From NCBI GenBank assembly GCA_963837945.1, contig CAWIQD010000013.1, positions 11,707 to 75,706 of the forward strand: a DNA stretch of 64,000 bases, given 5' to 3'. Shown piece after piece: positions 37,517-47,568 of this stretch. Each line of letters opens with the position of its first letter. Position 1 is the stretch's first letter. Source of the stretch: an uncultured Acidobacteriota bacterium. GTDB lineage: Bacteria; Acidobacteriota; Thermoanaerobaculia; Multivoradales; DATKCC01. A program made the position numbers and the translations under genes. The notes beneath the pieces are model-generated. The model searched no databases. It worked only from the letters and a program-made list of their open reading frames with translations, and was not told the DNA's origin.

Positions 37517-38587
37517 CTAAAACCGGTACGTGTAGTTCAGCAACCAGACGTACTTCGCGAAGCTCGCCCCACCGTGTTTTCCCACGGTCATTTCCGGGAC
37601 GTTCTGCTGGCGGTCGCGTGCTACCGCCACCGGGAGCCCGAACGTGATGATGCCGTTGCCGCGTGAGTATTCAAAACCCGGTTCGAGCGACAAGGCATAA
37701 CCGGGCCGGCGGAAGCCGTTGCTGTCACCGATGAGATCGTGTACCGGGACGCCCTCGATCCTGGGACCAAACGTCAGATCCAAGCCGGGAACCTTGGGAA
37801 GTGGATAGGCGACCCCTGCTTCGGCCAGGTACGTATCGGGGATGGAGTTGTACATCAGTGGACCGGGCAGGCCGGAACGCGTGTCCGTGGTGTCCTCGGG
37901 CTCCAGGATGTAGCTGGCGTTGTAGTAAAGGACGGCTTTCTTGACAGCCCGGAAGCCTTGGGACTGAAGCACGATTCCCCAGCCTCCGAGGCCGGGCTGA
38001 ATCGAGGAATCGACCGCGATCTTCTGGGGACCGCTCTTCGTCTGAACGACATCCTGGTAGTTATCGTCGCCCGTGGGGAATACCACGCCGAAGCCGATCG
38101 CGATGTTGCCCCGGGGTTGGGCCGATGGATTCCAGATCCAGGACTGCGCCGTCAGGTTGACATCGCCGACTCCGTGGCTGCTCGAGTCCTGGTCCGGTGC
38201 GCCCGGCATTCCGGTCATATAGCCCGGCAGGTACCCTGGAAAATGGCGGGTCGCGGACAAGTACGGCACATTCGCTCCAAGACTCCAACGTGGGCTGACC
38301 TGGTAGGACACCTCGAGATTGAAGAGATGGATCCTGTTCGCAACGGCATCGCCGTCGTGCGCATCGACGATCTGCGATTGTTCTGTGCTGCCGATATAGA
38401 AGTGGTTCGAATACAGGTAACGATAGCCGAGAGTCAGCTCCCACTGGCCCGAGGAAAGGTAGCCGCCTCGCTCCTCTCGTCCGACCGGCTGGCTGGTCCG
38501 AGCCACGATGCACCCCTGGGCGTGGGCGCTCGACACGGACAGAAGAGCCAGGCCCATCACGACGATTCCTCTTCGTGCGTACGCCAT
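37517..38587 (-). CDS. Outer-membrane beta-barrel protein (MetA-pathway/transporter-like, tentative)
   Basis: Signal peptide MAYARRGIVVMGLALLSVSSAHA. Alternating strands end in the terminal NYTYRF. ATG 38620 is the alternative start. Confidence 0.75.
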   Translation of the reverse strand: MAYARRGIVVMGLALLSVSSAHAQGCIVARTSQPVGREERGGYLSSGQWELTLGYRYLYSNHFYIGSTEQSQIVDAHDGDAVANRIHLFNLEVSYQVSPRWSLGANVPYLSATRHFPGYLPGYMTGMPGAPDQDSSSHGVGDVNLTAQSWIWNPSAQPRGNIAIGFGVVFPTGDDNYQDVVQTKSGPQKIAVDSSIQPGLGGWGIVLQSQGFRAVKKAVLYYNASYILEPEDTTDTRSGLPGPLMYNSIPDTYLAEAGVAYPLPKVPGLDLTFGPRIEGVPVHDLIGDSNGFRRPGYALSLEPGFEYSRGNGIITFGLPVAVARDRQQNVPEMTVGKHGGASFAKYVWLLNYTYRF

Positions 38588-38893
38588 CCACCGCCCGCCG
38601 GTCTTCTCCGATTCGCTCATCGCTTGTTGTCCCCTCGATATGACTTGGTGAATGCCGGACCATGGTTGCTCCCAAGCGGCGAGTGGTCCGTCAACCGAAA
38701 GTGGACGGACCAAGAAACTCAGGGCCTGGGAACGCATGGTGACGCTCCGACCACGCAAGCCGCATACCAAGCGGCAGCAACCGGAAAAGGTGGGAAAACG
38801 CTTACCCGCGGCAGACCGGGTCCGCGTGTGGCCTCATAGAAATGGCGATTTCCCTCGTGACTCCTATGGGGAGCGAGCGCGATGTGGACCGGG

Positions 38894-41050
38894 TCACTCG
38901 AGGCCGCGATCTTTCAGCATCGGCTCGATCGAGGGATCGCGCCCCGCGAAGGAGCGGAACATCTCGCCGTAGTCCTCGGTATTGCCTCGCGACAGGATGA
39001 GGTCGCGGAAGCGCTGGCCGTTGGCGCGAGTCAGGCCGCCGTGGTCCTCGAACCACTGGAACGCGTCGTCGGCGAGCATCTCGGTCCAGAGGTAGGCGTA
39101 GTAGCCGGCGGCATACCCGTTGGCCCAGATGTGCAGGAAATAGCTCGAGCGGTAGCGAGGGGGCACCTGGGCCAGGAAGAGCTGATCCTTCTTGAGCGTC
39201 GCCAGCTCGAGCTCGTCGACGTCCTGCTCCGGGGCGCTCGCGGGCAGGGTGTGCCAGCCCATGTCGATGTCCGCCGCTTCGAGGAGCTCGGTCAAGGCGT
39301 ATCCCTGGTTGAACGTCGAGGCCTTCTTGATCTTCTCGACCAGGGCCTTGGGCATCGGCTTGCCCGTCTCGTAGCTCACGGCGTAATGGTTCAGGATCGC
39401 GGGATCGAGGGCCCAGTGCTCGTTGAACTGAGAGGGGAACTCGACGAAGTCACGCGCCACCGCGGTGCCGGAGAGGCTCGGATACTCCTGACTGGCGAAG
39501 AATCCGTGCAGCGCGTGCCCGAACTCGTGGAACATGCCGGTCACGTCGTCATAGGAGAGGAGCGCCGGCTTGCCCGGAGCGGGCTTGGTGAAGTTGCAGA
39601 CGTTGTAGATCACCGGCATGGTGCCCAGGAGCTTCGACTGGTAGACCAGGTTGTCCATCCAGGCACCGCCCGACTTGTTGTCGCGCTTGAAGTAGTCGGT
39701 GTAGAAGAGCCCGAGCGGCGAGCCGTCCTTGTCGGAGACCTCGTAGACGCGCACGTCCTCCTGGTAGACGGGGAGGTCGTGGCGCTCCTTGAAGGTCAGG
39801 CCATAGAGCTGGTTGGCGGCGTAGAAGAGGCCGTCGTGAACCACGTGGTCGAGCTCGAAGTAAGGCTTGATCTCTGACTCGTCGAGGTCGTACCTGGCCT
39901 TGCGCACCTTCTCGGAGTAGAAGTTCCAGTCCCAGGGTTGGAGCTCGACGTGGGCTCCCGACTTCTCGGATGTATCGATCAGGGCCTGGATGTCGGCGGC
40001 CTCGCGGCGCGCCTTCGCCGTGGCGGGGGGCACGAGCTTGGCGAGGAACGTCTCGACCGCCTGCGGGGTCTTGGCCATCTGGTCGACGAGCTTCCAGGCG
40101 GCGTAGTCCGGGTATCCGAGGAGCGCCGCTTTCTCGGCGCGGATCTTGGCCAGACGCTGGATGACGTCACGGGTGTCGTTCTCGTCGCCGCGCTCGGCCC
40201 GAGTCCAGGAGCTGTCGAAGAGCGTCTCGCGCGTCGCCCGGTTCTCGAGGGACTGGAGCGCGGGCTGCTGGGTCGTGTTCTGAAGCGGCAGGACCCACTT
40301 GCCCTCGAGGCCCCGGGCCTGGGCGGCCTGCCCGGCTGCGGCGAGGTCGCTCGCGGAGAGGCCGGCGAGCTGCGCCTTGTCGCTCACCACGAGCGCCCCG
40401 GCCTTGGTCGCCGCCAGGAGCTTGTTGGTGAACTTGGCGGAGAGGGTCGCCTCCTCTTCGTTGAGCTTCTCGAGCTTCGCCTTGTCGGTGGGAGAGAGCC
40501 CGGCGCCGGCGAGGACGAACTGTTGATGGTAATAGTCGAGGAGTCGCCGGGGCTCGGGGTCGAGCTTCAGGCTCTCCCGTTTCTCGTAGAGGGCCTCGAT
40601 CCGGCCGAAGAGCTTGTCGTTCAAGAAGATCGCGTCGTGATGGGCGGCGAGCTTCGGAGCCTCCTCCTCTTGCACCTTCTGCAAGGTCGGGTCGGTGTTG
40701 GCGCTCGACAGGGCATTGAATGTCAGGTTCACCCGATTCAAGAGCCGGCCGCTCCTCTCGAGCGCCACCAGGGTGTTCTCGAAGGTCGGCGGTGCCGGAT
40801 CGCCGGCGATCTTGCCGATCTCCTCGATCTGCTGCTTCATCCCGGCCTCGAAGGCGGGCTCGAAGTCGGCGTCCTCGATCTCGTCGAACGGCGGCGCCTG
40901 GTAGGGAAGCTTCGACGGGGTCAGGAGGGGATTCTGGCGCATATCGGCGGGTGTCTTGGCGGCGTTTCCGTTCGCCTGGGCCCCGTCGGCGGCGACCGCG
41001 GCGCCGGCCGTGCAAGCGACGAGCAGGCTCAGCATCAGAATGCGAATCAT
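38894..41050 (-). CDS. dcp: M3-family peptidyl-dipeptidase (Dcp-like), secreted
   Basis: HEFGHALHG zinc motif in an M3 context (FHEFGHALH...EFPSQFNE), plus a signal peptide. ATG 41050. Confidence 0.9.
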   Translation of the reverse strand: MIRILMLSLLVACTAGAAVAADGAQANGNAAKTPADMRQNPLLTPSKLPYQAPPFDEIEDADFEPAFEAGMKQQIEEIGKIAGDPAPPTFENTLVALERSGRLLNRVNLTFNALSSANTDPTLQKVQEEEAPKLAAHHDAIFLNDKLFGRIEALYEKRESLKLDPEPRRLLDYYHQQFVLAGAGLSPTDKAKLEKLNEEEATLSAKFTNKLLAATKAGALVVSDKAQLAGLSASDLAAAGQAAQARGLEGKWVLPLQNTTQQPALQSLENRATRETLFDSSWTRAERGDENDTRDVIQRLAKIRAEKAALLGYPDYAAWKLVDQMAKTPQAVETFLAKLVPPATAKARREAADIQALIDTSEKSGAHVELQPWDWNFYSEKVRKARYDLDESEIKPYFELDHVVHDGLFYAANQLYGLTFKERHDLPVYQEDVRVYEVSDKDGSPLGLFYTDYFKRDNKSGGAWMDNLVYQSKLLGTMPVIYNVCNFTKPAPGKPALLSYDDVTGMFHEFGHALHGFFASQEYPSLSGTAVARDFVEFPSQFNEHWALDPAILNHYAVSYETGKPMPKALVEKIKKASTFNQGYALTELLEAADIDMGWHTLPASAPEQDVDELELATLKKDQLFLAQVPPRYRSSYFLHIWANGYAAGYYAYLWTEMLADDAFQWFEDHGGLTRANGQRFRDLILSRGNTEDYGEMFRSFAGRDPSIEPMLKDRGLE

Positions 41051-41232
41051 CGGGTGAAGTCCTCGAGGTGATGGACGGAGAGTGCCGAACGGCCACGCCC
41101 GGCGGCCACCGGCATAGTCTACCGCCCTCTCGAAGTGCCCGGCACCTCCCCCGGCGGCCGGCGGCCGGACGCCCGTGGTCGGCGGCTGTGCCGGTGGGGA
41201 TCTGTCGGTACGGCCCGGTGCTGCCCATGCCG

Positions 41233-41335
41233 CTTGGCCGGCCGAGACGGAGCTCGGCCGCTTCCTGCGTCCGAGGACCTCCGGAGAAGCAATCCCGGGT
41301 GAAGCGGCCGAGCTCTGCCTCGGCCGGGCGAACGC
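41233..41335. repeat. Inverted pair of REP-like family A copies (REPIN-like, about 30-bp spacer)
   Basis: 41233-41267 (CTTGGCCGGCCGAGACGGAGCTCGGCCGCTTCCTG) and 41298-41335 (GGTGAAGCGGCCGAGCTCTGCCTCGGCCGGGCGAACGC) are in opposite orientation. Confidence 0.8.
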
Positions 41336-41435
41336 TCCCGCAGGCACCGGGACTGCCACTCCCGGCGAGCCGCCTGGCCGCGCTGGGCCGCCGCAGCGGC
41401 GGTGGCGCTCTTGGCTGGCGGCTCGACGCTCTGCG

Positions 41436-41861
41436 TCACCCGGGCCGACTCGCAGGCCGGAACGGGTTCTCGACCACGACGCCGCGGATTTCCTGCCCGT
41501 GGTCGAGGTCCTCGGTGAGGAGACGCTGGCAGCCGCCTCGCACCGCGGCCTCGACGATCAAGGCATCCCAGAGAGCGAGCTGCTGCCGGGTGGCCGTGTC
41601 GACCGCGGACAGCACCAGCTCGCGATCGACCGCCACGACCGGGAGGGCGGCGAGCTCCCGCAGCGCCGCCAGGGCCCGGTCGACGGCGAGTGGCGGGTCG
41701 AGCTTCCGGGTGACCGTCCAGTAGAACTCCGAAAGCACTTGGGTGGAGACGACGAGCCGGTCGGGAGGCGACCGGAAGAGCTCGACCGCGCGTGCGCGCC
41801 GATCCGCCGATCCGTGATCGTAGACGTAGACGGCGACGTTCGTGTCTACGAACGCGGCCAT
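41436..41861 (-). CDS. vapC: PIN-domain toxin VapC
   Basis: N-terminal FVDTNV, and LTEDLDHGQ near the C-terminus. 141 aa. It overlaps the upstream antitoxin gene by 16 nt. Confidence 0.85.
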   Translation of the reverse strand: MAAFVDTNVAVYVYDHGSADRRARAVELFRSPPDRLVVSTQVLSEFYWTVTRKLDPPLAVDRALAALRELAALPVVAVDRELVLSAVDTATRQQLALWDALIVEAAVRGGCQRLLTEDLDHGQEIRGVVVENPFRPASRPG

Positions 41862-42100
41862 CGGAGCCGCTCTTCGTAGAGGTCCTCGCGTGTCCAGCCT
41901 CGCCCCTTGCCGCGAACGCCGGAATCGGAGCCCTCGGCGATCTCCACGAACCGCCGCAGAGCCCGGCGTTCGTCCTCGACGCCTCCGTAGGAGTCCAGAA
42001 ACGTCCTCACGACCGCGTTGACCGACGTGCCTTGCTCCAGCGCGCGAATCCGCGCCCTCCTCAGGGTCCCTTCGTCGATGGTCAGCGTGAGATTCGCCAC
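41846..42100 (-). CDS. vapB: VapB-type antitoxin (RHH-like)
   Basis: VANLTLTIDEGTLRRARIRALEQGTSVNAVVR has a ribbon-helix-helix-like N-terminus. The start is GTG 42100 or ATG 42136. Confidence 0.7.
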   Translation of the reverse strand: MANLTLTIDEGTLRRARIRALEQGTSVNAVVRTFLDSYGGVEDERRALRRFVEIAEGSDSGVRGKGRGWTREDLYEERLRWPRS

Positions 42101-42431
42101 GGGATAAGTGTAGCACGGGTCCTGTGCCGTAAGCATTCTGCGCTGGATACCCGATGCAGCGGCCGAGCACCCGAGCTGACCGTGCTCGGCGATGACGTGG
42201 TGGAGCCCGACGAAACCATCGTCCTGGCCCTCGAGGCGCCCACCGGCGGCGCGGACAGCCGAACCGTAGCCGCAGTGGGCGCGAAGAGCCCCTTCGATCA
42301 TCGGCGTCCCTTCCAAACCCGAGCCGCTCGCCGGGCCACGTCTTGTCGCTCTACCTCATCGACGAGCGGGCACCGTCGAGCTCGACAGGTGCCGGCCTGG
42401 CGCGCCCCCGGAGCCGTGGTCTCGCTCGCGG

Positions 42432-43061
42432 CTATACTGCTTGCGATGTTCCTTGACCGACAACTCCTCGATGCCATCCGCTCGGTGCTCGAGTGCCATC
42501 CGGAGGTGCGCGTCGCCCTCCTCTTCGGTTCCCGGGCCCGGGGCGTGGCGGGACCGGAGGCCGACCTCGATCTCGCGATCGAGCTGTTCCGCGGCGCGAG
42601 GCTCGACCGCCTGGATCGTGGCGAGTGCGCCAATGCCCCCGCGGCGGGCCGCCCTGTCGGTGCCTAGTCCGTGAGGACCAGGAGGTGGAAGGCGTGGCCT
42701 CGAGCTTGCCGCTCGAGTCGAAGGTGTTGATCCAGATGCCCTTGTCGTTCGAGCCCGCGCGCAGGGCGAGGGTGATCTCGCCCGGGGGCTCGGTGAAGAT
42801 GCCGGGCCGGCCAAGGGTCCCCAGGTACACGCCGCCGCTGACGTCCTGGTTGAAGAGTACCTCGTACGTCCCCGTTCCCAGCTTGTGGACCGCGGTCACG
42901 TTGCGGCCCCGCACGAGCGAGCCGTCGGTCTCGACGACTGCCCAGAGCTCGCTCACGCAGCACCTCTGACAGCGCGTGACCTTCGGCTTGGCGGGAACCC
43001 TGCGGAGGGCGGCCTCGTCGAAGCGTCCCTCCGGAGCGTTGTTTAGCGTCTCTCTTGGCAT
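42432..43061 (-). CDS. Small beta-rich hypothetical protein; 3' end doubtful (probable frameshift to the stop at 42664)
   Basis: An AGGAG SD precedes ATG 43061. The first 124 or so aa are coherent (CQRCC...GTGTYEVLFNQDV...). After KLEATP the frame becomes Arg/Gly/Pro-rich and antisense to the MNT gene. The +1 frame gives FHLLVLTD-stop at 42664. Confidence 0.5.
   Translation of the reverse strand: MPRETLNNAPEGRFDEAALRRVPAKPKVTRCQRCCVSELWAVVETDGSLVRGRNVTAVHKLGTGTYEVLFNQDVSGGVYLGTLGRPGIFTEPPGEITLALRAGSNDKGIWINTFDSSGKLEATPSTSWSSRTRHRQGGPPRGHWRTRHDPGGRASRRGTARSRDRGRPPVPPRPGPGNRRGGRRAPPDGTRAPSGWHRGVVGQGTSQAV
42446..42667 (+). pseudogene. Nucleotidyltransferase (MNT-type antitoxin), C-terminally truncated
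   Basis: The LLFGSRARG...ADLDLAI (GS...DxD) motif is present. The protein is only 73 aa and ends right after GRPV. Its stop shares the tetranucleotide CTAG with the converging reading frame. Confidence 0.6.
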
Positions 43062-43244
43062 GGTCAGTCTCCTTTCGGCGCGTCCAGACCACGGGGCATC
43101 GGCAACGGTTCCAGTCCGCAGCGAAGGAAAAAGGGTGCAGGGAGCGCCCCGTCTCCGGCATGTGCCACCCACTTCCCCGGGCTCGACCTCTCCGGGCGCT
43201 GCCTCTCCCGCAAGATCTTCGACCCGGCTTGCGTCATTCAGGAC

Positions 43245-44173
43245 GTGGGAAGACCCTTGCGTTGGATGCCACCCGGCGGGCTCGTCGAGGTGACGTGCCG
43301 GACGGCCCAGGGCCGAGCCCTGCTCCGGCCGGGCCCCGAGCTCAACCGGAGGATCCTGGGCGTCATAGGCCGTGCCCAGCGGCGGGAGTCCATGAAGATC
43401 CACGCCGTCGTCGTCCTGAGCACGCACTACCACATGCTCCTCTCGCCGGATGAGCCGAGTCAGCTCGCCCGGTTCATGCACTTCGTACAGACCAATGTCG
43501 CCAAGGAAACCGCGGACCTCCATGATTGGACGGGACCGTTCTGGGCTCGCCGGTACCGCCACGTCCTGGTATCCCCCGAGACCGAAGCCCAGGTCGCCAG
43601 GCTCCGCTACCTGCTCGAGAACTCCGTGAAGGAGAACTCGTAGCTCGGCCAGGAGATTGGCCCGGCGTCCACAGCGCGCGTGCCCTGCTTGATGGCAGGC
43701 CGATGGAAGGCGTCTGGTATGACCGGACCACGCTCTACGAGGCGCGATGCCGAGGTGAACAACTCGCCCTGGAGGACGTCGCTGAGAAGGAGTCCGTCAC
43801 GCTCTCACTCCTCCCATGCTGGCAAGGCCTGCCCGACAAGGAGGCTCAGGAGTTCGTGGCAGACCTCATCGAGACGATCGAGCGGGACAACGACGAGCGC
43901 AGGAGAGCCGAAGGCCAGGGAGTTCTCGGCGTAAAGGCCATCAGCCGGCGCCATCCCCACGAGCGACCCGACAAGCTCCGCCGCTCCCCGGCGCCTCGCT
44001 TCCACGCCGCGACTCGGGAAGGGCTGAAACGGCTGCGGGACGCCTACCGGCAGGTCGCGGAGGCCTTCCGAGACGCCGCGGAGATCCTACGGTTGGGAGT
44101 TCGACGACCGCGATTCCCGGCAGGAAGCTTTCCGCCGGGAATGCCCTACGTCCCACACCAAGCGCCCGGATAG
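43245..44173 (+). pseudogene. Y1 (HUH) IS200/RAYT-like transposase, frameshifted
   Basis: HUH motif STHYHMLL and Tyr region GPFWARRYRH. ...RYLLENSVKEN-stop at 43643 continues in the other frame as ELVARPGDWPGVHSA... A 1-nt deletion lies near 43633-43641. Confidence 0.7.
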
Positions 44174-44578
44174 CGGCGCAGCTCCCGGTCACCACCGAAA
44201 ATCTGCCAGCGTGGCTCGCTCTGATCGAGGCTCGGAGTACATCAGGAGTCTGCCTCGGGAGCTCCTTCCTGAGCCTCGAAACGCGCGAGGTCCCCAGAAG
44301 GCGTCGCTGAACACCATCCGAGGCAACTCGAAAGTCACGAGATTCAGCCCAACGGCTCCCAAACAGCGGAGCCTCCCCTGGAACTCACCGGCACTTGCTC
44401 CGGGCACTTGCTCCGGGCACCTCCTCCGACCCTTTCCTCAGAGGTGGCTGGCACCTCCTCCGGGCCAGCCGGCTGCGGGTAAGCCGGACGCCGAGACCCC
44501 CGGGTCGGAGCCGGAACGCCGTTTCCAGCCCGCAAGGCTCCCGTGCGCGATCACCTGGACCTTCATCACCACGGGCTT

Positions 44579-45157
44579 CTAGCGAGAATCTCGCTCGCGC
44601 CGCTCCAGGAACCCTCTGCCCTCGAGGATCGCCGGCATCGCCTTTTCGATTCGCGCCACCCGCGTCGCCGACCGCTTGGCCGCGGCAAAGTGGTAGAGGT
44701 AGCTCCTCTGCCGTCCCGGCGTGAGCGCTTCAAAGGCGCGCTTGAAACGAGGATCCCTGCGGAACCGCTCCGTCAGCTCCTCGGGCACCGGAAGATCCGA
44801 GGTCTTCTTCCGCTCCATCCGCAGCCCGGCCTTCTCGACTGCGATGGCCTCGCGCACGTAGGCCTTGATGGTCGCCGCCTTCTCCCTGATCTCCTTCGCG
44901 CTGGTGAACTTCATCACCCGCCCGGCCTGCACCTGACCGAGCTGCACCAGCACCTTCTTGGGGTCCTTCAGAAGGGCACCTCGAAAGAAGCCCAGCCCGA
45001 AGTACTCTTTGAAGCCCTGCATGATGACGATGTTCTTCCCATCCACCGTGTAGGTGGGCTTACCCCATTTACACTCCTCCTTCATCGCCAAGCCGGCGAG
45101 CACCCGCCGCATCTCTGCGATCTCCGCTTCCCACCGCTCTCGATAGGCCATCTCCAT
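44579..45157 (-). CDS. YdeI/OmpD-associated family protein (DUF1801 + YdeI)
   Basis: KWGKPTYTVDGKNIV and the C-terminal PGRQRSYLYHFAAAKRSATRVARIEK pattern. Confidence 0.75.
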   Translation of the reverse strand: MEMAYRERWEAEIAEMRRVLAGLAMKEECKWGKPTYTVDGKNIVIMQGFKEYFGLGFFRGALLKDPKKVLVQLGQVQAGRVMKFTSAKEIREKAATIKAYVREAIAVEKAGLRMERKKTSDLPVPEELTERFRRDPRFKRAFEALTPGRQRSYLYHFAAAKRSATRVARIEKAMPAILEGRGFLERRERDSR

Positions 45158-45354
45158 GCTGGCGCCATCCTCCACGATATCTGGCACAATCAAACCCTGA
45201 GACCTCGAGCTCGATCTTACGCCCGGCATTCGTCTGCTGCCTCGAAGCCCCTGGCACCTCATCTGGCCGCCTCCGCCGACGGCCCCCTCCCGGTCGGGCT
45301 GCGAGACACGTCTACGCACCTTGTCGGCTGCCGGTGAGCCTGTCGCCTCGGCCG

Positions 45355-46107
45355 CTAACCCGCCCTTTCCAGAACGTAGATCGCCCAGGGGGGCGTATGG
45401 GTTTCCGAAACCCACTCACATGGGTCCGCGGCAGTCCCGAACGGCCGATGCAGTGCGAGGACTCTCAGCCCGGCATCCGCGTAGAGCTGCCGGTAGTCGC
45501 TCTCGGTCCACATCACGTCCTCGACCGGTCGCCGGTCGCCGACGTCGAGCATGACGATCCGTACTCGGTCACCGCCACGAGCGGTTCGATTCTCTGCAAA
45601 ATCCCGCGTAGAAAACGACGCCCACTCGTTTCTGTAGATCTCTGGAGCCGACACGAGGTTCACGATCCGGCCGGCAGGTTTCAGAAGCTGGGCCAGTTGC
45701 TCGAACAGGCGCGTTCTCGCCCCTCGCCCTGGTACGTTGTCGAAGGTGAATGCGCTGAAGACAAGATCGAACGCACCCGGGGTCAGGCGGCTGAGGTCGC
45801 CATCGGGCACGAGAAGATAGGTCCCCCGGGGGTCGCGCTCCCGAGCATGCGCCAGCATGGCTTCCGAGATGTCCACCCCGGTGACCTCGAAGCCGTGTCC
45901 GGCCAGGAACCGGCTGGATCGCCCGGTCCCGCACCCGAAGTCCAAGGCCGACCCGCCTGGAACATGGGTGCGGAGGAGCTCCGGCATGTCGCGAAAGGCG
46001 AGGTAGTACGTGCCCGGAAACTCCAACCCGGAGTATGCGAGGGCGCGGAGATCGTCGTTGTAGACATTCGTGAAGTGCTCGGCCACGGCCATCCTTTTCC
46101 CGGGCAT
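45355..46107 (-). CDS. Class I SAM-dependent methyltransferase
   Basis: Motif [13 protein letters not shown] and post-[15 protein letters not shown] 46092 is the alternative start. Confidence 0.85.
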   Translation of the reverse strand: MPGKRMAVAEHFTNVYNDDLRALAYSGLEFPGTYYLAFRDMPELLRTHVPGGSALDFGCGTGRSSRFLAGHGFEVTGVDISEAMLAHARERDPRGTYLLVPDGDLSRLTPGAFDLVFSAFTFDNVPGRGARTRLFEQLAQLLKPAGRIVNLVSAPEIYRNEWASFSTRDFAENRTARGGDRVRIVMLDVGDRRPVEDVMWTESDYRQLYADAGLRVLALHRPFGTAADPCEWVSETHTPPWAIYVLERAG

Positions 46108-46235
46108 CCGGCCCGCGCTCGCAGGCTACACCAAGCCGCTCGGCCGCCGACGCGGGCTGCCGGACTCGTCTCGGTGGCGCCACCCGCTGTGGATCCGGCT
46201 CAGCTCCTCGGGTCGCCCGTCGGGTTCAGCGTCCC

Positions 46236-47171
46236 TCAGCCCGCGGTTGCGTCGAGGCCGCCGCCGGCGAACGCCGCCGCGTGGTCGGCGGCCCACCGGT
46301 GGAACGTCCGCGCCGGTGAGCCGAGGATCTCTTCTACGGCCGACGTGACGAAGGCCGGCCGGCCGAGCGCCGCCCGCCACGCGGCGAGCAGCATCTCCGC
46401 GACCCCGGCCGGCCACGTCTCCGCCGTTTCGCGCCGGAACTCGTCGGGCGACAGCTCCTCGAGCCGGAGCGGACGCCCGATGGCATCGCCGATCGCGCGG
46501 ACCTGTGCCGCCTGGTCCAGCGACTCGGGGCCGGTGAGGACGTAGTCGCCGCCCGCGTGCCGCGCATCGAGGAGTACGCGCGCGGCGACTGCCGCGACGT
46601 CGCGCTCGTCGACCGGCGCGGTCTCGGCGTCCGCGTAGGGCCAGCGCACCACGTCGCCAGCCCGGATCTGCGGCGCCCACCAGTGGAGCGCGTTCGAGGC
46701 GAACATCCCCGGCCGGAGGACCGTCACCTCGAGGGGGGCGGCCGCGAGCAGCCGCTCGATTTCGGCATGGAGCTCGCGCATGGGACTGGGTTGCTGAAAG
46801 AACGGGTGCGGCGTCCGGAAGGGCGCCGAGAGGTAGACGACGCGCCGCGGCCGCCGCCACGCGTCCGCCGCGAGCCGCGCGACGACGGCCGGGGCACTCG
46901 CCGGCGCCGCGGTCCAGACGAGGAACACCGCGCCGGCCCCCTCGAGCACAGGCTCGAGCGACTCGAGGACGGTGAGGTCCCCCGCCACGACCTCGACGCC
47001 GGCGGGCAGCGCCGCCCTCTCCGGCCGGCGCGTGAGCGCGCGAACCGAAATGTCGGCGCGCAGGAGCTCGTCGACCACGAGGCGCCCGACGCGGCCCGTG
47101 GCCCCCGTCACGAGGACCGGACCCGGGCGCCGCCCGCCCGGCACGGTCCTGCGATGAATCGGAGGTTTCAT
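46236..47171 (-). CDS. NmrA-like/atypical SDR NAD(P)-binding protein
   Basis: Rossmann motif VLVTGATGRVG. ATG 47171 is preceded by GGAGG-like sequence. 311 aa. Confidence 0.8.
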   Translation of the reverse strand: MKPPIHRRTVPGGRRPGPVLVTGATGRVGRLVVDELLRADISVRALTRRPERAALPAGVEVVAGDLTVLESLEPVLEGAGAVFLVWTAAPASAPAVVARLAADAWRRPRRVVYLSAPFRTPHPFFQQPSPMRELHAEIERLLAAAPLEVTVLRPGMFASNALHWWAPQIRAGDVVRWPYADAETAPVDERDVAAVAARVLLDARHAGGDYVLTGPESLDQAAQVRAIGDAIGRPLRLEELSPDEFRRETAETWPAGVAEMLLAAWRAALGRPAFVTSAVEEILGSPARTFHRWAADHAAAFAGGGLDATAG

Positions 47172-47245
47172 GGCTCGCCCCGCAGCGAAGGAGCTCGATC
47201 GTACGCGGCGGGAGACCATCCCGCAACGGGGGGAGCGGCCCCGCG

Positions 47246-47306
47246 ACGTGCCCGGCACCTTCTCGGCCCCGCGAAGTGCCCGGCACCTTCTCGGCACCTT
47301 CTCGGG
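47246..47306. promoter_or_regulatory. Two tandem copies of the near-palindromic motif GA(A/C)GTGCCCGGCACCTTCTCGG
   Basis: Copies lie at 47246-47267 and 47274-47295, with a partial third copy. The same GAAGTGCCCGGCACCT(T)C occurs at 41132-41147 and 51261-51279. The function is unknown. Confidence 0.5.
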
Positions 47307-47568
47307 CGTCCCTCGCAAGGAGCGACGACGCAGCCGTAGCGGGGCCTACGTCGAGGAGGCGCAACGCCACGAGGGGTGATTCGGGGGCGTCCGCAGTAGA
47401 TCGGAGATTCATTCACAAGCTCTGAGCCGATCCGGGCCGCCTTCTTCGTTTCCACCGGCCGCCGTCATCTCCTCGCCACAATCTGCCCCGGCTTCGCCCC
47501 GGCGTCGGCACGGGGAGGGCCAGGGCGTCGGTTGAGATGGCGGCAGCCGACCAAAGGAGGCTCGACCG

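Noticed and set aside
38683-38709. Hairpin GGTCCGTC-N11-GACGGACC as the dcp terminator
   Set aside because: No U-tract follows on the minus strand, and it lies 185 nt from the stop. This is not convincing.
44391-44428. 13-bp direct repeats GCACTTGCTCCGG x2 (plus a degenerate third) in the 44.2-44.6 kb gap
   Set aside because: The repeat is short, has low copy number and has no associated structure or gene. It is probably slippage and is noted only for completeness.
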